Both the position numbers and the translations under genes were made by a program. Positions 26,804-33,666 of a DNA stretch of 64,000 nt are shown piece by piece. The notes under the pieces were generated by a model. That model was not told the DNA's origin. It did no database searches and saw only the letters and a list, made by a program, of their open reading frames with translations. The stretch spans positions 38,698-102,697 of the forward strand of contig JBAZVM010000001.1 in NCBI GenBank assembly GCA_041660885.1, written 5' to 3'. The stretch is from Patescibacteria group bacterium (GTDB lineage: Bacteria; Patescibacteriota; Patescibacteriia; UBA9570; JAHJKD01). Within the stretch, counting starts at the first letter, position 1. Every line of letters begins with the position of its first letter.

Positions 26804-26854
26804 ATTATTTCTCTCATCCTTCCCGGCTGGCAAAACTCTGGACAAAAAATATGA
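26804..26854 (+). pseudogene. Relic of the 5' end of a second YdeN-type hydrolase gene
   Basis: ctcatccttcccggctggcaaaactc (26813-26838) matches ctcatcctccccggctggcaagattc (25767-25792) at 23/26 nt by hand alignment. It translates IISLILPGWQNSGQKI-stop versus PTILILPGWQDSSPQHW. There is no ATG and an upstream in-frame stop. Confidence 0.5.
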
Positions 26855-27162
26855 AACTAAAGCAAATATTTAATCTTCCCTTTTTTCTTTCCCTGATATT
26901 TTCTCACGGTTCCGGTTTTTACGCGCTGAAGATGCCCAAACAAGCCAAGCGCTATTTATGGGCCAGTATTATTTTTACAGATCTCCCGATTGTCATGGTG
27001 ATTATCGGCATTATCAGCAATAAAATGAATCCGGACTTTTATCAGGGGGCTGTACTCACCATTACGGAATATGTATTTAACATTATCTTGATCAGCTTAT
27101 GGGGATCCATACCGGTTATTCGCTGTTTTGAATGCTGGAATATTACTAAAATAAAAAAATGA
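26851..27162 (+). CDS. Hypothetical small membrane protein
   Basis: 103 aa with three hydrophobic helices. Its stop overlaps the next gene's start (ATGA). Confidence 0.4.
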   Translation: MKLKQIFNLPFFLSLIFSHGSGFYALKMPKQAKRYLWASIIFTDLPIVMVIIGIISNKMNPDFYQGAVLTITEYVFNIILISLWGSIPVIRCFECWNITKIKK

Positions 27163-27638
27163 ATTCTCAATTAGAGCCTGCTCTTAAGTGGATTGTAGAT
27201 ATATTAAGGAAACATAAGGTGCCTTTTCAAATAGCAGGCGGATTTGCTGTACATCTTTATGGCGGAACCCGCCCGATAAACGATATTGATATCGATATAC
27301 CGGATAAAAAATTCCCAAACATTATTCCAGATATAAAAAAATATATTAAATTCGGGCCAGCCCAATACAAAGACGAAGTATGGGATTTAAATTTAATAAC
27401 CCTGGATTATCATGGACAGGAGATTGATATTTGCGGCGCTCATGGCGCGAAAATTTATAATAGAACAACCAAAAAATTGCAGCCGTATCCTTGCCAATTT
27501 GAGACTGCGAGTTTAATCAGTGCCTATGGCATAACTGTACCGGTAATGGATGCTCATGATTTGCTTGCCTATAAAAGACTGCGTAATAATGAAAATCAAC
27601 AAGAAGATATTGTTGCTATGGAAAAATATATTGCGTAA
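27159..27638 (+). CDS. Nucleotidyltransferase-fold protein (ANT(2'')/lincosamide-NTase-like)
   Basis: FQIAGGFAVHLYGGTRPINDIDIDIP parallels the IGGGWAIDARLGRVTRKHDDIDLTFP motif of aminoglycoside 2''-nucleotidyltransferase (G-G...DxD NTase core). Confidence 0.5.
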   Translation: MNSQLEPALKWIVDILRKHKVPFQIAGGFAVHLYGGTRPINDIDIDIPDKKFPNIIPDIKKYIKFGPAQYKDEVWDLNLITLDYHGQEIDICGAHGAKIYNRTTKKLQPYPCQFETASLISAYGITVPVMDAHDLLAYKRLRNNENQQEDIVAMEKYIA

Positions 27639-27692
27639 ATATATAAAAATCTTATTTATCGTAAATTTGCTTAGTAAAAAATTTATAAAATT

Positions 27693-27720
27693 AACCCACT
27701 TGATTAAATAGTGGGTTTTT
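27693..27720 (+). terminator. Rho-independent terminator
   Basis: aacccact-tgattaaat-agtgggtt followed by TTTTT. The last AT-rich feature before the GC-rich island. Confidence 0.65.
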
Positions 27721-27792
27721 GCTTAAATAGGCGGTTCGACCCGATCATGGGCTGAACGCACGCGATTCTACGGAATCGCACTGAGGAATTTC

Positions 27793-28362
27793 ATGTACCG
27801 CTCCATCGTCATGATTGCGGCGCTCTCCCTCTCCACCTCGGCCATGGCCCAGGACTTCGACCCCACTCGGGTGCGACTCCTCATCCATGGGAGCCTCGAG
27901 GTAAAGGAAAATGTGGAGCTGCGCGCCCATTTTATTCCGGCGGGCAATCTGCTGGGTGAAGTCGCGCCTATCTTGTACCTGGGCGTCAACTTCAAGCCCG
28001 TGGAGTGGCTGGGGTTCGAGCCGGTCGTCGGGTGGACCTTCGTCACCGACGAGCCCATCGTCTCCCTCCGCGCCTCCCCGGACTTCGGGCTGATCTACGG
28101 TTGGGCGGACATCGAGCTCAACCTGCCCGGTCTGGGTGGGTACTGGTTCGTACAAGCCGATGTCCGTCTCCTCAAGTGGCTCCACATGGGCCTCGAGGGC
28201 GAGGGCTGGGGGAGCTACTACACCGACTTCTTCAGTAACGGCGGGGGGCCGAACTTGCTCCTGCGGTACGGAAAGGTTGGCGTGGATTTGGCAATCCATG
28301 CACGTGAAGTCAACGACTCGGTCGGTCCCGGGTTCGTGATAAGATTTCATACCTTCCTTTAG
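27793..28362 (+). CDS. Signal-peptide small beta-barrel outer-membrane-protein-like protein (GC-rich, foreign-looking)
   Basis: MYRSIVMIAALSLSTSAMA-QD signal. Alternating amphipathic strands (VRLLIHGSLEV, VELRAHFIP, ILYLGVNFKP, VSLRASPDFGLIYGWADIELNL, YWFVQADVRLL, VGVDLAIHAR). C-terminal GFVIRFHTFL. Strong G/C preference at third codon positions in this frame. GAGGA lies 6 nt before the ATG. Confidence 0.55.
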   Translation: MYRSIVMIAALSLSTSAMAQDFDPTRVRLLIHGSLEVKENVELRAHFIPAGNLLGEVAPILYLGVNFKPVEWLGFEPVVGWTFVTDEPIVSLRASPDFGLIYGWADIELNLPGLGGYWFVQADVRLLKWLHMGLEGEGWGSYYTDFFSNGGGPNLLLRYGKVGVDLAIHAREVNDSVGPGFVIRFHTFL

Positions 28363-28475
28363 CCGCCCTGGTTGCCACCAGGAACCGCCCCGCGTTGTCT
28401 TCACTGACAGCGCGAGGCGGCAAACATTACATGAATTTGACCACTAATAAATAATATTTTAATATAATTCTCTAG

Positions 28476-28503
28476 GCGCTCCCTTTGCGGGAGGGCTTTT
28501 TTT
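28476..28503 (+). terminator. Rho-independent terminator in the AT-rich spacer of the island
   Basis: gcgctccc-tttgc-gggagggc followed by T7. Confidence 0.55.
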
Positions 28504-28562
28504 ATTATGGAAAAAAAATAATTTAACAACCCTGGTCGCACATCCTAATGCTTCCAGGGTTT

Positions 28563-28790
28563 TTACGACGCTTTGTCCGCGATCGTAATCTCGACTTGGC
28601 AGCCGAGCGCTTCTAACGCTCGACACACCATCGAGAGCTTCGTCCGCTTATAGTCGGATTCTTCCCACCGGCATACTCTGGAGGGATCAACCCCCAGTAG
28701 CCGAGCGAGCTCGCTCTGCGACACCCCCCTTTCGAGCCGTAAGCTCTTTAGAGCACGGCCCAAATCGCGAATGTCAGTGAACTCTAGCAT
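28563..28790 (-). CDS. XRE-family helix-turn-helix transcriptional regulator (antitoxin-like), GC-rich
   Basis: 75 aa. LKSLRLERGVSQSELARLLGVDPSRVCRWEESDY is a canonical XRE HTH. AGGAGG lies 6 nt upstream of the ATG. Confidence 0.75.
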   Translation of the reverse strand: MLEFTDIRDLGRALKSLRLERGVSQSELARLLGVDPSRVCRWEESDYKRTKLSMVCRALEALGCQVEITIADKAS

Positions 28791-28897
28791 TGATCCTCCT
28801 GCCTAATGCTACGATACGCTACGATTAATCTATTGCATAATTGATGTTCTAAGTCAATACATTATTATTACTTATTATGTTATAATAACAGGGAATT

Positions 28898-31800
28898 ATG
28901 AAGATAATTCCTTATTTAATTTGCGGGTTTTTATTAATGACTTCTGTTTGTGCAGGGGAAACCGTTACCGTGGACACGCAAGCGGAATTCGAGCAGGCCA
29001 TAATATCCACGGGATTGGATACCACAACCACTTCCGGTTCTTTGCAATTGAGTTCTTTAACCCCAACGGCCAACCCGGAGCTGGATGTGCGCAATGTGGC
29101 TTTCTTGTGCCAGGATAAAACCGGCATAAGCACGGATTTCGATTATATATTAAACGCTTATTTTGATACGGTTGATTATTATAATTTTTCCGAGATCACC
29201 GATATTTCTAATCTAGCCGGCTATGATATTGTTATCACTTATGCTTCTACTTTCGGATACGCGGACAATGTGCCGCAGGATATAGTGGAACAATTTGCCT
29301 CAAGCGGCGGAACCGTAATCCAGCACATGGTGGATTACCAGCACGCCAGGCAAGAAGATTATTATGGGGCCTCTGAAAACATCGATAGAACTATAGATGA
29401 AGGAAACAACCGAGACTTAGTGGACATGACTTGGGATGGCACTTATTTCTGGGCAGTGGAATATCTCGCGGATACGGCCACTGATATGATTCATAAAATC
29501 AACAAAGATACCGGCGCCATTATTTCTTCCTGCGATTCGCCGGCAAACGAACCCAGAGGCATTGAATATACCGGCGGATTTTTATACGTACTTACCAATA
29601 CCGGTGATATGGTGTATAAATTGGATCCCGATGACTGCTCCACCGTAGGAAGCCCTACGGAAATGCCCGTTGGCTTTGATTTTCCAACCGGTTTGGCTTA
29701 CGACGGCAGTTACTTTTGGGTCTCTGAGTCCACCGACGACCAAATCATGCGCTTTCAGTTAAACCCCGGGGGTATAACTGCCACCTTCGACCAATACCAA
29801 GCCCCATACGACCCGGATGACGCTACCACCAATCGCTTGCCAAGAGGTCTGGGTTTTGATGGCACTAATATTTGGGTGGCGGATAATGGCGTGGAGCTGG
29901 CTTTTCAAATAGATATCACGGACGGTTCAGTTGAGAGCTACATTGATACCTTGCCTTATGACCCAGACGATGAATTACTCGTTCCCGAACCTTATGGAGT
30001 AGATTTTATTGATGGAAATATGTGGATTCTAGAAAATGGCGCTACCGAAGACCATATCTACAACAATGACAGCTATTATTTAATAAAAGATGTTTACGAA
30101 TATTCAGCCAGAGGAAACGAGTCTATTGACGCGCCGGGTGGGGATGTAGAAGATATAGCCTATGATGGCACTTATGTTTGGACAATTGATCAAATCTATA
30201 ATCGCATATATAAATTAAATAAAGATACCGGGGCTACTGTCAGCTATTTAAATACTCCTTGTGTTAATCCTAGAGGACTAGACTATTACGGCGGATCATT
30301 ATGGCTAGCTTGCTCAGGTGGTGAGGCCAAAGCCAACCAGAACCAAATAATGGAATTAAGCCCAACTACCGGAGCGATTATTGATCAATGCACTGGTCCG
30401 GGTTCCATACCAGAAGGCCTAGCGCATGATGGCACGAATATTTGGCTTTCAGATACGGGAACGGACACGATTTATGCATTAGACCCAAGTTTAGATCCGG
30501 ATACCTGCACGGTGAACGACAGCTTCGCCATACCGGGAAGCACTACTATGCCTCGCGGGCTGGCTTATTACTCCGGTACTGGCACTTTATGGTTAGCTGA
30601 CGAAGGAACCGATACTTATTATGAATTAAGCACGGCTGACGGCTCTACTATTTCCACCAGAGACGCAGTGGAACTTTCCGGGATTGGTTTAACTTTTGTT
30701 GATGGTGAGCTTTGGAGCTCGGATCATGATCTGGATAGAATTTATGATATTGAGAGCGGCACGCTTTGCCGGAATAAATTTGATTCTCCGGGAAACGAGC
30801 CACGCGGGCTGGCTTACGACGGCACTAATATTTGGCACGTTGATGCCACGAGCGATCTGCTATACAAACTGAATGCCGCTACCGGGGCCGTGGTTTCCTC
30901 TTACGCCTCTTTGGATTCAGAGCCGAAAGACTTGGCATGGGACGGCACCAATTTATGGATGGTGGGAGACACGAACGACCGCATCTATAAAATAAATCCG
31001 GCTGATGGCACGGAAGTGACGCATTATGACTCGCCATCCAGCGAACCTTCGGGCATAGCTTGGGATGGCTCCACTATCTGGACATCGGATAACAATGAAG
31101 ATGAATTCTACAAACATAATATTACCACTCTGGCGGTAGAGGAAACTTATAATACTCCATCGGACGGCACGCGCGCTTTGGCTTTTGACGGTACGGACTT
31201 GTGGGTTTCCGATTTTAACGAGCGCGCCTATTTCCGCATTACCCTCACGGTGGACGAAGAAGGAGAAATCGCGGAAACAGTGGAAGCTCTTTCCAGCTCG
31301 GAACAGGGTATGGAATTTATCGGAGGGGATATTTATACGGTTAACAATTCTACGGACAGATTCTACGATGAAGATTCCGCTTTGCCTCTTCCGGAATTTA
31401 TTATTTCCGAAGATGATAATCAATACACCGCTCCTTGGAAAGCGGGGGATGAATTATATATGGCTTTCAAAATAGCGGACAATGACGACAGCTACATTCA
31501 TCGCCGTTTGCTAAATGTGCCGGCCGCGGATAACCGGGAAATATTAGCCACTTCCAACCGTGGCGGAGATACTTATATCCATGAAACCGTGGGCTCGGGA
31601 AATTTATTCGCGATTGACTTAAGTTTTATCGGAAAAAACTACGAAACCGTACGCACCACTTTCCCGGGAAATTCTTTTATACTTGATGCCATGGGAATAA
31701 ATATCAATGATATGGGCGTGCATGATAATGAACGGCTAACATACGCCGACCTTACAACAATTCTTGATGATTTGGTGGCGGCTAACCCTGCTGTCATAAC

Positions 31801-33616
31801 CAAAGAAGTGGAAGGGCAAACCAGCGATGGCGATGACATGATTTCCATCAACTTCGGTACGGAAGGCAAGCCCATGATTATCTACACCTCGGGTTTGCAT
31901 GGCAATGAAGAGCACGCCTACATCGCGGAAGTGCATTATATTGAAAAATTAGTAGAGCTATATAACGCCGGCGATGAAGTGGCCACAAATTTATTTAGAA
32001 ATTATCGCGTGAAATTTATTCCGCTGGTAAATACTTACGGCATAAAAAATTTAGTGCGCCATAATGCCAATCATGTGGATATTAATAGAAACTTCGACTA
32101 TTATTGGGCGCCGGATGCGCTTGGCTTATACGGCACTGAAGCTTTTTCTGAAATAGAAGCGAGAATATTGCGCGATATTATTACAAACACCGATAACAAT
32201 GTAATTTTTGTTAACGACGCGCACGCGGCTAAAAACATTTCTCCCGGTTTTACCTGGGGCCGCGCCATTACCGATGAACCGCAAAGCATGAATGACGCCT
32301 ATGATATCTTTACGGCGGAAACGCCGTATCGTTGGTTTGAAGAAAGAGCCGGAGTTGGACGCTGGTTAACCTACGACAGATACGAACGCCACATTTATGA
32401 TGAACCCTATTTTGCCAATTGGATTACATCTACCGGAGTGGTGGCGGCTACTAACGAAGTAATGGGGAAAAAAGATACCACCACCAACCGCTACGTGCAT
32501 ACTTCCAGCTGGTATCTTACTCATTTCCACGCCGTCGCGAAATCTTTTTCCTACAAGGCCGGGGAAGCGGTTTACCGCATAGATACGGGGCACGACACTT
32601 CTTCTTTTTCCGCCTTTACCTACGATGAAACCAAACCAACGGACAGCGATATAACTTATACTTTCAGCTCCAACAGCATTGAAACAGAGCCCGCGACTTG
32701 GTACGCCACTTATAGCGAAGTGCCAACCAACAGATATTTATTTGTTAAAATAGATGAAGAAAGAACGCAATACGATGGAGAAACTCCAAAAGTAAACAGC
32801 CTGTCTATCTCTTATTGGTACCCGGATCACGACGCTCCAACCATATCTTCTTCTCCTTCGGCTGATGATGTATATTATTCCAAACAAGCTATAACTTTAA
32901 CGGCTACGGATGATAGAGATACCACGCCCATTATTTATTATACCAAAGATGGCACCACGCCAACGACCGCTTCCACTTTATATACTGCGCCTTTTAATAT
33001 TAAAAAATCCAAAACCATAAAAGCTATAGCTGTAGATAATGTAGGTAACACTTCTTCCGTCTATGAATTTACTTACACTCTGCGCAATGTGCATAAAATC
33101 CCTTTAATCATCGTGGCCAAAAGAACGGATACGGGAATAATAAAAGTGTACGATAAAGAGCTGCTAAATTTGATAGTGCGCATCCGTGCTTTTCCCGTTC
33201 ATGGGGTGCAAGCTAAAATATTCAAGTATAAAGGAAAAAAATATCTCGCGGCGATAAATTATTCCTCCGGAAGATACTTGCGCGTTTATAAGCTGCCCTC
33301 CGGCCATCGTCTTTATTCATATAATTTAAAAGATCAGAAAAAAAGAAAATTAGCTACGGGAAATTTATTCGGTAAAAAAAATAAGCAAGAAGTTCTAACC
33401 TCGCAAATAAAAAATGACCATGTTTTGCTTCAAGCTTTTTCTCTAAACAAGAAAAAGACCAAATTAATTAAAAAAGCCGACTACTTAACAGAGGAAAGCT
33501 GGGGCAATATCAAACATGGCAATTACTCGATTCTTATCAACAAAACAAAAAAAATAATAATGAAAATTGATTCTGTTATAAAGCTGATTCTTAACGCCAA
33601 ACAACTCCTTCTATAA
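28898..33616 (+). CDS. Giant secreted protein: about 15 NHL/beta-propeller-type blades, M14 zinc carboxypeptidase domain, chitobiase-C/Fn3-like domain, conserved C-terminal module
   Basis: 1572 aa with a signal peptide. About 15 repeats of the type P(R/E)GLAYDGTNIW(V/L)SD...D.IYKLN. M14 motifs SGLHGNEEH, FIPLVNTYG, RHNANHVDINRNF. ITLTATDD...IIYYTKDGTTPTTASTLYTAPF. C-terminal 173 aa (33095-33613) are related to the other two giants. Confidence 0.8.
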   Translation: MKIIPYLICGFLLMTSVCAGETVTVDTQAEFEQAIISTGLDTTTTSGSLQLSSLTPTANPELDVRNVAFLCQDKTGISTDFDYILNAYFDTVDYYNFSEITDISNLAGYDIVITYASTFGYADNVPQDIVEQFASSGGTVIQHMVDYQHARQEDYYGASENIDRTIDEGNNRDLVDMTWDGTYFWAVEYLADTATDMIHKINKDTGAIISSCDSPANEPRGIEYTGGFLYVLTNTGDMVYKLDPDDCSTVGSPTEMPVGFDFPTGLAYDGSYFWVSESTDDQIMRFQLNPGGITATFDQYQAPYDPDDATTNRLPRGLGFDGTNIWVADNGVELAFQIDITDGSVESYIDTLPYDPDDELLVPEPYGVDFIDGNMWILENGATEDHIYNNDSYYLIKDVYEYSARGNESIDAPGGDVEDIAYDGTYVWTIDQIYNRIYKLNKDTGATVSYLNTPCVNPRGLDYYGGSLWLACSGGEAKANQNQIMELSPTTGAIIDQCTGPGSIPEGLAHDGTNIWLSDTGTDTIYALDPSLDPDTCTVNDSFAIPGSTTMPRGLAYYSGTGTLWLADEGTDTYYELSTADGSTISTRDAVELSGIGLTFVDGELWSSDHDLDRIYDIESGTLCRNKFDSPGNEPRGLAYDGTNIWHVDATSDLLYKLNAATGAVVSSYASLDSEPKDLAWDGTNLWMVGDTNDRIYKINPADGTEVTHYDSPSSEPSGIAWDGSTIWTSDNNEDEFYKHNITTLAVEETYNTPSDGTRALAFDGTDLWVSDFNERAYFRITLTVDEEGEIAETVEALSSSEQGMEFIGGDIYTVNNSTDRFYDEDSALPLPEFIISEDDNQYTAPWKAGDELYMAFKIADNDDSYIHRRLLNVPAADNREILATSNRGGDTYIHETVGSGNLFAIDLSFIGKNYETVRTTFPGNSFILDAMGININDMGVHDNERLTYADLTTILDDLVAANPAVITKEVEGQTSDGDDMISINFGTEGKPMIIYTSGLHGNEEHAYIAEVHYIEKLVELYNAGDEVATNLFRNYRVKFIPLVNTYGIKNLVRHNANHVDINRNFDYYWAPDALGLYGTEAFSEIEARILRDIITNTDNNVIFVNDAHAAKNISPGFTWGRAITDEPQSMNDAYDIFTAETPYRWFEERAGVGRWLTYDRYERHIYDEPYFANWITSTGVVAATNEVMGKKDTTTNRYVHTSSWYLTHFHAVAKSFSYKAGEAVYRIDTGHDTSSFSAFTYDETKPTDSDITYTFSSNSIETEPATWYATYSEVPTNRYLFVKIDEERTQYDGETPKVNSLSISYWYPDHDAPTISSSPSADDVYYSKQAITLTATDDRDTTPIIYYTKDGTTPTTASTLYTAPFNIKKSKTIKAIAVDNVGNTSSVYEFTYTLRNVHKIPLIIVAKRTDTGIIKVYDKELLNLIVRIRAFPVHGVQAKIFKYKGKKYLAAINYSSGRYLRVYKLPSGHRLYSYNLKDQKKRKLATGNLFGKKNKQEVLTSQIKNDHVLLQAFSLNKKKTKLIKKADYLTEESWGNIKHGNYSILINKTKKIIMKIDSVIKLILNAKQLLL

Positions 33617-33666
33617 AAAAGGATAATTAGCTATACTATAGGGGATTATTAATTAATATTAATAGT

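Noticed and set aside
27729-27750. ggcggttcgacccgatc at the left island boundary resembles a tRNA T-arm (GGTTCGA), suggesting a tRNA-fragment att site
   Set aside because: The flanking bases do not form the 5-bp T stem or an acceptor stem. No matching direct repeat exists at the right boundary, and no integrase is present.
27745-28404. 219-aa minus-strand ORF and four further track ORFs (27768-28058, 27911-28093, 28005-28238, 28136-28339) overlapping the OMP-like gene
   Set aside because: Long stop-free shadow frames are expected in 60% G+C DNA. Their translations are Arg/Pro/Gly/Glu-rich with no signal, motif or RBS. The + frame at 27793 has a signal peptide, an RBS and GC3 bias.
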